Assembly (NCBI GenBank): GCA_963724295.1
Contig: CAVRUC010000007.1
Span: 480,001-544,000, forward strand
From: an uncultured Chloroflexia bacterium
GTDB taxonomy: Bacteria > Chloroflexota > Chloroflexia > Thermomicrobiales > UBA6265
DNA: 64,000 bases
Reading direction: 5' to 3'
Shown here: in pieces, positions 1 to 11,903 of the stretch
Position numbering within the stretch: position 1 is the first letter of the stretch
Layout: every line of letters starts with the position of its first letter
The notes under the pieces: generated by a model
What the model saw: only the letters and a program-made list of their open reading frames with translations
What the model was told of the DNA's origin: nothing
Database searches by the model: none
Translations under genes and position numbers: made by a program

Positions 1-486
1 GGTGTCGCCGGCAGGGGCCGCGGCGTCCGCGGCGACGAGGGAGAGGCTGCGATAGGCGGCCGGATCGGACCCCAATGCCACCAGCAACTGTTCGACGCCA
101 GCTGGTGTGAGCAGCGCTTCCCCTTGTGGCAAGCGCTGCTGCTCCCCGGTTGCGAGGTTCTCGGCGAACAGGACTCCGCTGTCTACGATCAGGAACCCCA
201 GGTCGCTCCTGGATTCGGTGGCATCTGCCGGCAGCGGCGCCGAGCGCTCCGTGATCTCCCAGCGGATGTCATCGTCAGGTATATCGACAACGCCCTGCGC
301 GACGACGTGGGCGGTGCCACTGGCCGGCGATGGCTCATCGGGCACTTGCCAGAACGCGGTCGCAAGCTGCGCCGTGCCGAAACCGAGGACAAGCGCGGCA
401 ACCGCCAGGACGCCGCGGCACCGAAGCAAGAGCTCTCGGACTCTCCGCGCTGACGCGTTTGCTTGTCCGCTGCGGTGACTCGTCAC
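1..486 (-). CDS. Secreted hypothetical protein, possibly cupin-like (3'-truncated by window edge)
   Basis: Manual translation from GTG at 486 (GAGGAGGG RBS upstream) is open to position 1: MTSHRS...VLAVAALVLGFGTAQLATAFWQ (signal-like), then SPASGTAHVVAQGV...LGFLIVDSG...RLPQGEALL. Confidence 0.65.
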   Translation of the reverse strand, partial: MTSHRSGQANASARRVRELLLRCRGVLAVAALVLGFGTAQLATAFWQVPDEPSPASGTAHVVAQGVVDIPDDDIRWEITERSAPLPADATESRSDLGFLIVDSGVLFAENLATGEQQRLPQGEALLTPAGVEQLLVALGSDPAAYRSLSLVAADAAAPAGDT

Positions 487-865
487 GAATCCCTCCTCGG
501 TTCATCTCTGCCACGCGATTCATCGCCGGAAACGATCCCAGTCGTCTTCTGGTTCGAGCTCGACACCCGCGGTTGTCAGCCGCGATGACTCATTCGAGTG
601 GCGCCGGTACCCGCGAACGCGATGTGTTGACGGAGAGTCACGGCGGCGCGGTAAATCCATGACCGGCGAACTCGGGCCATAACGGCGCTCGCACTGTCCG
701 TACGGCATGATACTCGCTACGGTGGCAATCAAAAGACCGCTGAGAAGGAGTGGAGAGATTGTGGTGAGGAATCGATCCGGGTCGGTGCCGGATCGTCGCT
801 GAGGGGATGATCTGATGGTGTGGTACTGGAAATGGGAACAGCAGGCACGAAGTACGAATTAACTA

Positions 866-901
866 TTCAGGGGGTGGCGCCGACCGGCGCCACCCCCTGA
901 A
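866..901 (-). terminator. Hairpin terminator after the Gly/Asn-rich gene pair
   Basis: Perfect 16-bp stem ttcagggggtggcgcc/ggcgccaccccctgaa with a 4-nt loop, followed on the minus strand by an AT-rich tract. Confidence 0.75.
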
Positions 902-918
902 CTCGCGGTAAAGGCGAC

Positions 919-1245
919 CTAGCTAACGAAAGCCAGGTTGTTGTTGCCGCCGGTGGCATCCGCGATGGCGGTGCCGCCGTCTACTTCCACGGCCAACCCG
1001 GTCTGGTTCAGGATGTCACCACCGTAGACGTCGGGATCCGGGCCGTACGTGTTGCCGACCGCGATCGCGCTGCCCACGTTGCCGCCGCTGTTGATATCGC
1101 CCGCAGCCACGGCGCCGCCGTTGCCGGAGGCCGTCGCCACGCCGCCGTTACCGGCGCTCGCGATGTCTGTGACCTGCGCGGCAGCAGTCCGAAAACCGAG
1201 AACCGCTGTAAGCGCCCCCGCGAAAACGCCCTTCCCGTACTTCAT
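919..1245 (-). CDS. Small secreted Gly/Asn/Ala-rich repeat protein (paralog B)
   Basis: MKYGKGVFAGALTAVLGFRTAAA|QVTDIASAGNGG...GGNNNLAFVS. GGAGG RBS; signal peptide with AAA cleavage motif; near-colinear with 1307-1597. Confidence 0.85.
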   Translation of the reverse strand: MKYGKGVFAGALTAVLGFRTAAAQVTDIASAGNGGVATASGNGGAVAAGDINSGGNVGSAIAVGNTYGPDPDVYGGDILNQTGLAVEVDGGTAIADATGGNNNLAFVS

Positions 1246-1306
1246 CTGCACTTGCCCTCCCCAGGCATGCCCTCCCCAAAAGGACGCTATGTTTGACCGC
1301 GAGTGA

Positions 1307-1597
1307 CTAGCTGACGAACGCCAGGTTGTAATCACCACCACTCGCATCAGCAATGGCGGTCCCGCCGTTGGCGGACACGCCGATATCTGTCAGGTTGGCG
1401 ATCGACCCGCCGTCCACGCCCACCGTTCCCACGGTGTCGCCAACGCCGATCGCGTTGCCGGCGTTGCCGCCGCTGTTGACGTCGCCCAGCGAAACCGCGC
1501 CACCGTTCGCGCTCGCGGTGGCGACTCCACCGTTACCAGCGCTCGCGATGTCGGTGTCGCTCTCATCTGCACCGAAAAAGTCCCGAATCAAGCCCAT
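1307..1597 (-). CDS. Small Gly/Asn/Ala-rich repeat protein (paralog A, no evident signal peptide)
   Basis: MGLIRDFFGADESDTDIASAGNGG...GGDYNLAFVS, with an AAAGGGGG RBS. Confidence 0.85.
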   Translation of the reverse strand: MGLIRDFFGADESDTDIASAGNGGVATASANGGAVSLGDVNSGGNAGNAIGVGDTVGTVGVDGGSIANLTDIGVSANGGTAIADASGGDYNLAFVS

Positions 1598-1691
1598 CTG
1601 AAATTCCCCCTTTGAGTCAGCGTTGCCGAATCGCCCCCGGTGACGCCCACGTCAGTACGACGGATCGCCACATCCCCACGATTCTTGACGC

Positions 1692-1720
1692 ACGCTACCA
1701 TCGTTCCGGCGTGATGTCAA
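1692..1720 (-). promoter_or_regulatory. Sigma70-type promoter for the Gly/Asn-rich gene pair
   Basis: TTGACA-17 nt-TAGCGT with an extended -10 TG on the minus strand. Confidence 0.6.
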
Positions 1721-1754
1721 TGTTCGCGACTCACCCGAACGGACCGGATCGCGG

Positions 1755-1828
1755 TACCCCCAGCGGGATTCGAACCCGCGATCTTCACCTTGAAAGGGTG
1801 ACGTCCTGGGCCGCTAGACTATGGGGGC
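1755..1828 (-). tRNA. tRNA-Glu(TTC)
   Basis: Cloverleaf GCCCCCA...TGGGGGT-A, anticodon loop CTTTCAA, T-loop TTCGAAT; CCA not encoded. Confidence 0.95.
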
Positions 1829-2160
1829 AGCGGCGTGAAGACACGATCGCTTTGCTGGCTCCGTCAAAGCCATTGTCATCAGCGATCGCGCATCTCTGAA
1901 ATGATAGTGCATGGCGGCTCAGATGAGCGACGGGGCGTGCTCCTCAACCTCGTTCCTCGGGGCTACAACGATCCTGAATCGTCTGCTACGCTATCGCTCC
2001 CGCGCGGTCTACCTACGATCAGTTCTGGACAGCAGCGATGTTCCCTCGTAAACTTAATACCGAAGCTCGGAGAACGATTGAATGAAGAAAGGAAACGGGG
2101 CTGATTGAAAAGACCGTAGAAAGAACCGAAGCGGACGATGGGCCGGCTCCACCAATTGAG

Positions 2161-3220
2161 TTGTCAACCTCGGATGTGCCGCTGACCCACCTGGTTCCGG
2201 AGTCGGACACCGACGCAGCCACTGGCCGACGCGAACGTCGTGCGCGCCGGGTTGCCTCCCCAGCGGAGCCCCTCGATTTTGACGCCAGACGGGCGGCGCG
2301 CCGGGCGCGGCGGGAATCGTCGGCGACGGAACCAGTCGCTGCCGAGGCAATCACTCCTGACGTCGCAGATCCAGATGGCACGGCAATGGCGCTCGAGGCG
2401 CAGCACGCGGATGGCGAGGCACGCCGGAGCCCAAGCGGACAGAGACGCAGTCGCCCACGAGCGCCACAGGCGGAAAAACGAGCGGCGGCGGACGCAGCAT
2501 CAGCCGGTGACGGGGCCGAGCCGGTGAGCGAGTCCGCCGGGCTGCCAGAAGGTTCCGCGGCACCTGCCGCAGCGCTGGCCGGCGACCGAACCGGGCACCA
2601 GACCCAGCCGCGGCACGCGGACCCTGCAGCGCGCGCAACGAAAGGCAGCGGCCGCGGTGGAGGGCGCTGATGAGCATCCCGCCCTGGGCGCCCTCAATCG
2701 CCATCTCAACCTGCTGATGCAGCAGTTGGGAACGGCCCACCGCGTCATTGGCCGGGTCGCGGCTGAACGAGACGCGCTCCGTCAGCAGCTCGCTGATCTC
2801 CAGGGTATCCCGGTCGACGAGATCGTGGTCACGTCGATCAGTGCAAACGATGCAACCAAGGAAAAAGAAGATCGCCCGGCGCGGACCCGGGGGCATGCCG
2901 AGCCTGGCGAACCACAGCCTTCGACCGGCTTAGCACGGTTCAATTACTTTGCCCACGACGATATTCAAGTGATGCGGAAGCGCCGCCAAATGTTTGCGCT
3001 CGTTCTGTTAGGCATGGTGCTCGTGATCTGGCTCATCATCAGGATGGGCTTCTTGCAAATGCCGGACAAGCTCTCCCGGGATAGCCTTGGCGCCCTACCG
3101 GTTATCGGCAACTTCATGTCCATTTTCTTTGCTGGCTGGATGTTCTTCCGCGTCTTCAGAATCGGCGGCAAGGGAGTCAAGTGGATCTTCCCGAGTGACC
3201 AGCGGCGCAAGAGACGGTAG
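2161..3220 (+). CDS. Hypothetical protein: disordered N-terminus, coiled coil and two TM helices; probably one gene split by a frameshift near 2580-2660
   Basis: Overlapping ORFs 2161-2670 (low complexity) and 2657-3220 (ERDALRQQLADL coiled coil, two hydrophobic helices). Confidence 0.55.
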
Positions 3221-4762
3221 AGGCTCGATATCGCTAGCAACCGGAAGCGGCTCCTGAGCCGCTTCCGGTACGCCTGGATGCTCGACGTGCTGACTCTGGC
3301 CGATCACCATTCTCATTGAAACTCTCGAACCCGACGCCCCCTCACGCTGAATCGAACGAACTCCCGGGAACGCACCTCCGGCGATGAGGAGCAGCAGGAC
3401 TGAGGCAGTGGCCGCAATCACCGCGGCCGCCGGCAGCGGCGGCACGCCGACGCCGACAGTAGCCTCAGGGGCGCCAAGTACATCGATGGTCCGGATCAGC
3501 GCGGTCGCCGCCAACGCGGCCGGTGCGGCGATGACTTCCCCCAACGGCGGCCAGATCAGACCGGCAACGGCCGCGAGGGCAGCGAGAGGCATCGCAATCG
3601 CCACCAGCGGCACCGCGATGATGTTTGCCGGAATGCTCGTCAGCGAGATGGTGCCGAACGCCGGTAGCAGCAACGGCAACGTCGCCAGTTGGGCCGCGAC
3701 GGTCGCGGTCAAAACTCCAGCCAGAGGCGACATGCCATCGATCGCCATGATGCCCGTCATTGCGAGCACCAGCGCAAGTGAGGCCGCGACGGAGAGGCGG
3801 AACCCGAGCGACTCGATCTGCCCCGGCTCCACCACGACCATGGCGCCGGCCGCCAGCGCGATCAACGTCACATAATCCGGTCTTCTGCCAACGCGGAACG
3901 CCAGGACGGCAGCGGTGGCGACAATCGCGGCTCGCACCGATGGCGACTGGGCTCCAGAGATCAGTGCATATGTCCAGATGGCGAGGATTGTTGCCAGCTG
4001 CCACAGCCCGCGGTAGCGGCCGATGGTGGCACTTCCGATCGTCGCCAGGATGCCGGCGACCAGCGCCAGATTCGATCCGCTGACCGCCGTCAGATGCGTC
4101 GTTCCGGTCCGGATGAACGCATCTCTCCGTTCTGTCGAAAACCCGTCGTCGTCCCCTGTTACCAGACCCGACAGAAGCACGCCGGCATCACCCGGCGCCG
4201 CCTGGCGTAGCGTGGCGCCAAGCTGGGTCCGTAAATCGGCTAGGCCGCGTAGCACGCTCGGGGAAGCGCCGCTGACTCGTATCGATGTTGCATACACGCT
4301 GGCTATGCAGCCTCGAGCTGAGATCGCAGCACGGAGTCCCATCGGCAGATCAGCCAGATTCTCAATCTTGCCTTTCGCCTCCACTGTGTCACCGAGTCGA
4401 ACGACCGGAACAGGTCCCGCCATCACGCAGACACGAGCCGGGAGACCATGAGCCGCCAGTCCAGGCTCGCCCGGCAAAGCGAGCGCGAACGACTGGCGCT
4501 GGCCGGTGAAATCCGGCGCGGTCACGACCACCCCGGTCGGAGCGCCCTGGGAAACGCGAGCAATCCGGGACGGCGAAGGGTCGGATTCAGCTCGCCAGGC
4601 ACCGAGAACGACGGCCGCTATGGCAACGGCGCAGATGGCCCAGTGCGGTCGGCTCGGCCCGACGGCCAGCAGAATCACGGCGAGGAGAACGACGATCGCG
4701 GCGCCCCACCAACCGCTAGCCACCCCGATCAGCGCGGCAGCTCCCGCAACAATTCCAGTCAT
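3095..4762 (-). CDS. comEC: ComEC/Rec2 competence protein (no metallo-beta-lactamase domain)
   Basis: GTTHLTAVSGSN, SVRAAIV and GFRLSVAA motifs, many TM helices, coupled to comEA. The 3' end is uncertain because it overlaps the convergent gene. Confidence 0.9.
   Translation of the reverse strand: MTGIVAGAAALIGVASGWWGAAIVVLLAVILLAVGPSRPHWAICAVAIAAVVLGAWRAESDPSPSRIARVSQGAPTGVVVTAPDFTGQRQSFALALPGEPGLAAHGLPARVCVMAGPVPVVRLGDTVEAKGKIENLADLPMGLRAAISARGCIASVYATSIRVSGASPSVLRGLADLRTQLGATLRQAAPGDAGVLLSGLVTGDDDGFSTERRDAFIRTGTTHLTAVSGSNLALVAGILATIGSATIGRYRGLWQLATILAIWTYALISGAQSPSVRAAIVATAAVLAFRVGRRPDYVTLIALAAGAMVVVEPGQIESLGFRLSVAASLALVLAMTGIMAIDGMSPLAGVLTATVAAQLATLPLLLPAFGTISLTSIPANIIAVPLVAIAMPLAALAAVAGLIWPPLGEVIAAPAALAATALIRTIDVLGAPEATVGVGVPPLPAAAVIAATASVLLLLIAGGAFPGVRSIQREGASGSRVSMRMVIGQSQHVEHPGVPEAAQEPLPVASDIEPLPSLAPLVTREDPLDSLAADSEDAEEHPASKENGHEVADNR
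3240..3269. terminator. Hairpin between convergent genes
   Basis: Perfect inverted repeat accggaagcggctc/gagccgcttccggt. Confidence 0.6.
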
Positions 4763-5340
4763 GGCCCGGTCGTGACCAGCTCTCGCATATCGTCAATCGC
4801 TCGATCGGCGATGCCCTCGACATGGATAAGATCGTCGACGGAGCGAAACGGACCATTCTGCTCGCGATACGCGACGATCCGTGTCGCGATAACCTCCCCC
4901 ACTCCGGGCAGTGCTTCGAGCTCCTCGGCGGTTGCCGTATTGATGTTGATCCTGACGCGCGACTCTTTCACGTCGGCGGCATCGCCCGCGTCAGGCAGTG
5001 GGAGCGTCGGTGTGCTGCCTGGAACTGGAAGCGCAAGAATCACGATCAGCTCACCGTCCCGGAGCCTGCGCGCGAGATTCACCGTCGAGAGGTCCGCTTC
5101 TTCGGTCAGGCCGCCCGCGGCGGCGAGCGCGTCCTGAAGTCGCGCGCCTGGCGCAAGCTCATAGACGCCCGGAGCTTCGATCGCGCCCCGCATTTCGACA
5201 ACGACCGGCAGAGTAGCCGCGGCGTCCTCGATGACGATCGGCGGCGCGGAGCGCTCGTCGAATGCCTGGAAGAGCGCAAAGACGACGGCGATGCCCGCGA
5301 CCAGGACAGCGACCACTAACCCGATCCGCGTTACGCTCAT
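4759..5340 (-). CDS. comEA: ComEA DNA-binding competence protein
   Basis: N-terminal TM, SLBB (GAIEAPGVYEL) and HhH (ININTATAEELEALPGVGEVIA). Confidence 0.95.
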   Translation of the reverse strand: MSVTRIGLVVAVLVAGIAVVFALFQAFDERSAPPIVIEDAAATLPVVVEMRGAIEAPGVYELAPGARLQDALAAAGGLTEEADLSTVNLARRLRDGELIVILALPVPGSTPTLPLPDAGDAADVKESRVRININTATAEELEALPGVGEVIATRIVAYREQNGPFRSVDDLIHVEGIADRAIDDMRELVTTGP

Positions 5341-5509
5341 GCTGAGAATCCGCCACGAGCCACACCGCTACCCTTGCCTAGAACCGGCGTATCGTACGCC
5401 GGGACGCTGCCCTTCGGGCGGGGTCCCGGCGCCGTGGTAGATTTGCCGGCCGCGGATCACACCGCGACGCGTTGCCGAAGTTCCGTCAGTGCTCCCGGCT
5501 CGGGGATCC

Positions 5510-8500
5510 ATGGCCTTTCCGCATCTCATCGATCATCTGCTCGACGATCCTGGTGTTGCGGACGCAATTACCGTTCTCCAACGACAGTCGATCGTCATCC
5601 CCGATCTTCCCGTAGCCGCCAGAGCCGCGCTCGCCGCGGCCGCCATTTCCCGCCAATCTGGACCGGTTCTCATCGCCGCCTCACGCGCCGATCGAGCCGA
5701 AACCCTGGCGTCGGCGATCGCCGAATACATTCCCCAACGGTCTGTCGTGCTCTGGCTGGCGCCGGAAGCGCTTCCATACGAGCAACTTCCCTTTGACCTG
5801 GAGACGGCGACCGAGCGCGCCGCGCTCCTGGATCTGCTTTCCCGACCGGCATCGTCAGAACCGGGCCCGATAGTGGTAACCCCGGCGCACGGGCTGATGC
5901 AGATCGTCATGCCGCCAGAACTGCTTCAAGCTTCGGTCCGACTCCTGCGAGTCGGGGACCGCGTTTCCCAGGAGAATCTCCTGCGCTGGGTCACCGACCA
6001 CGGGTACGAAGCGACGCCGCTCGTGCTCGAGCCCGGCCAGATTGCCCGCCGCGGCGGCATCCTTGATCTCTTCCCGCCCGGGGCCGACCTGCCGGTCCGC
6101 ATCGATTTTTTTGGCGATGAGATCGATGCCATCCGCTCCTTCGACCCGCACACGCAGCGATCCCACGAGCGGCTGCGCGAAATACGCCTCTTGCCGCCCG
6201 CTGAGCTCCCCCTGGAACGCGTGCGGAAAGCCGGCGCCGAGTTGCGCGAGCTGAGTCTGGACGGGTTGCGTCCCGAGGTCCGCGCCGAGTGGACGCGGAC
6301 GGTTGACATGCTGGAGTCGGGACAGACCCCACCTTCCCTCGATCTCTTCGCGGCGTACCTCGTCGACCGGCCGACGACGCTCACGGACTATCTGACTCCC
6401 GATAGCCTCGTCATCGTCGATGAACCTTCCGCTGTCGATCTGGTCGCATCGCAGCTCGAACGGCAAGCCCGCGAGCTGCGCGATGCCTTCATCGCCAACG
6501 GGGAGCTGCCCGCGGGTCTTCGCAGCCCGATCGCGCCCTGGGCGCGGGTTCGCAAGGCGCTGGCCACTCGTCGTGTACTCTCGCTTGGCGCTCCGGCCGA
6601 CGGCGAGCTCACGCCGGTTCATACGGTGGCCCTCGCCGATGCACCCACGTTTGCGGGTCGCCTGGGCGACGTCCTGCAGGACGTGCGGCAGCGTCTGGCA
6701 GACGGCTGGCGCGTTGCCATTGCCACCGATCAGACCGACCGCCTCACCGAACTTTTCGAAGAGCAGGACATCTTTCCACGCCGGGACCGGCGGCGAAACG
6801 CCTCCGACGCGCCGCTGCCGCTTGCACCCGGAACGCTCGAGATCCGGACCTCGGATCTGGACAGCGGCTGGTCCGCGGAAGCATCCAGGCTCCTCCTCCT
6901 GGCGGACCTGGAGGTCTTCGGGTTTCGCAAGCAAACCCGGCGCGCACATCATCGTCGCCATGCCGAGTCCGGTCCGCTCGCGTCGGCGCTCTCGCCTGGC
7001 GATTATGTCGTGCACGTCGATTACGGGGTTGGCATTTTCCGGGGTCTCGTCCGGCTCGAGACTGGTGGCGTCGAACGAGAATACCTCCAGGTCGATTACG
7101 CCAAGGCCGACCGCCTTTACGTCCCCGTCGATCAGACCGACCGCGTTGTGCGCTACTCGGGCGGTGGCATCGACCCGACCCTAACTCGCCTTGGCTCCGG
7201 AGAGTGGCAGCAGACGCGGCGGCGGGTGCGGCGAGCGGTCCGCGAAATGGCCTTTGAGCTGATCCAGCTTTACGCGACGCGTGAAACCGCCCGCGCCACG
7301 CCCTATGGACCCGACACCTTGTGGGACCATGAGCTGGCGTCGTCCTTCCCCTACACCGAGACTCCCGACCAGGAGGCGGCGATCACGGCGGTCAAGAGGG
7401 ACCTCGAGTCATCCCAGCCGATGGATCGCCTGGTGGTTGGTGACGTCGGATTTGGCAAGACCGAGGTCGCGTTGCGGGCCGCCTTCCGCGCCGTCAATGA
7501 CGGCCGGCAGGTCGCCGTACTCGTGCCGACGACCGTCCTGGCGCTTCAACACTTCACGAATTTTCAGCAGCGACTCGCTGCGTTCCCGGTTCGGGTGGAG
7601 ATGCTCTCTCGCCTGCGCACCAAGGCTGAACAGCGGGAGGTGCTTCAGGGTCTCGAAGACGGGAGCGTCGATATCGTAATCGGCACACACCGCCTGGTCC
7701 AGAACGATGTCCGGTTCAAGAATCTGGGCCTGGTGGTGATCGACGAAGAGCAGCGCTTCGGCGTTCGCCAGAAGGAATTCCTCAAGAAGCTACGGACCGA
7801 GGTCGACGTGCTCACCATGAGCGCAACCCCGATCCCCCGCACCCTGCACATGGCGCTTGCCGGTATCCGCGACATTAGCATGATCGACACGGCGCCGCAG
7901 GCCCGGCTACCGATCCGAACCTTCGTGACCCCCACGCAGGATCAATTGATCCGCGAGGTGATCCTGCGCGAGATCGATCGTGGCGGCCAGGTGTACTTCG
8001 TGCATAACCGCGTCCACGATATCGACCGCCTGGCGCACAAGCTGCGCGAGCTCGTGCCGGAAGCTCGATTTGGCGTCGGACACGGCCAGATGGACGAAGA
8101 GGTCCTCGAGGAGATCGTGCTCGGATTCGTGCGCAAAGATTTCGACGTATTGATCTCGACGACCATCATCGAGTCCGGCGTCGATATTCCGAACGTGAAC
8201 ACCATCATCATTGATAACGCCGACACCTTGGGTCTCACCCAGCTCTATCAGTTGCGCGGTCGGGTCGGGCGGTCGACGAACCGCGCATATGCCTATCTCC
8301 TCTTCAAGCCCGACAAGGCACTCTCGGCCGAAGCTCAGGAGCGGCTCGTTGCGATCCAGGAGGCCACGGAGCTCGGCGCGGGTTTGCGGCTGGCGATGCG
8401 CGACATGGAGATCCGGGGCGCCGGCAACATTCTCGGCGCCGAACAGAGCGGGCACATCGCCGCGGTCGGCTACGAGCTCTACATCCGGCTCCTCGCGCAG

Positions 8501-9014
8501 GCGGTCGAGGAGATTCGTTCCGGCGAACCACGGCGGGAGACAGGTCCGGTGATCATGGATCTGCCACTGACCGCGCTCATCCCGGCCGACTACATCGTCG
8601 ACACCGAGCTGCGGCTGGCGATCTACCGGCGGATTGCGGCAGTAGAGGATGAACCCCAGCTCGCGGACATCCGCCAGGAGTTAGAGGATCGGTTCGGACC
8701 GATTCCCGAGGAGGTCGAGCATCTCCTGGCGCTGATCGCGCTGCGCATCCGGGCGCGGTCGCTCGGTATCGAATCGATGATCGAGCGAGAGCGAGAAATC
8801 GTCATTCGCCCCGTGCCCACGGCCGGTCTCGAGCGCCGGCTGGTATCACGTCTCGGACGCGCCGTGAAACTGACTGCGCATTCGATCCGTATTCGCCTGC
8901 CTGACCTGACGATCCCCTGGGGGGAAGCCGTAGGCCTCGTGCTCGAGGCAGTAGAGTCGACCCAACCCCTCCAATGGAGCCGTCAGGGAACCGGCCGCGT
9001 TGACCGCCAGTTAG
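5510..9014 (+). CDS. mfd: Transcription-repair coupling factor; probable frameshift near 8965 (raw ORF runs on to 9502)
   Basis: CarD-like domain, [26 protein letters not shown] and TRCF domain. An alternative frame gives ...[15 protein letters not shown] at 9014, just before a terminator. Confidence 0.93.
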
Positions 9015-9031
9015 CGGGACGAGAGGCAAAC

Positions 9032-9063
9032 GCGAACGACCGCCCACACGGGCGGTCGTTCGC
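9032..9063. terminator. Bidirectional hairpin between mfd and sat-cysC
   Basis: Perfect 14-bp stem gcgaacgaccgccc/gggcggtcgttcgc. Confidence 0.7.
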
Positions 9064-9088
9064 AACGTTGCAATGCAGACCGATCCTC

Positions 9089-11735
<2,647 letters not shown>

Positions 11736-11903
11736 CCTCTTCCCTCGTCGCCGCTCGCCTAATAGTCATGCCGCATCCGCGCGGGCAAACGACCAATCCC
11801 CACCAAGTCGATTGCCTTTACAGGATGCCACAGAAGAGGCGCGCAAAACAACGTTGACCGCGTACGTATGCATGATCCGTGTTCCAGGAAGCGATGAGGA
11901 GGC

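Noticed and set aside
919..1597. Assigning the Gly-rich proteins to PE_PGRS, curlin or chaplin families
   Set aside because: They lack the PE domain, the curlin QxGxxN repeats and the chaplin Cys motif; the similarity is compositional only.
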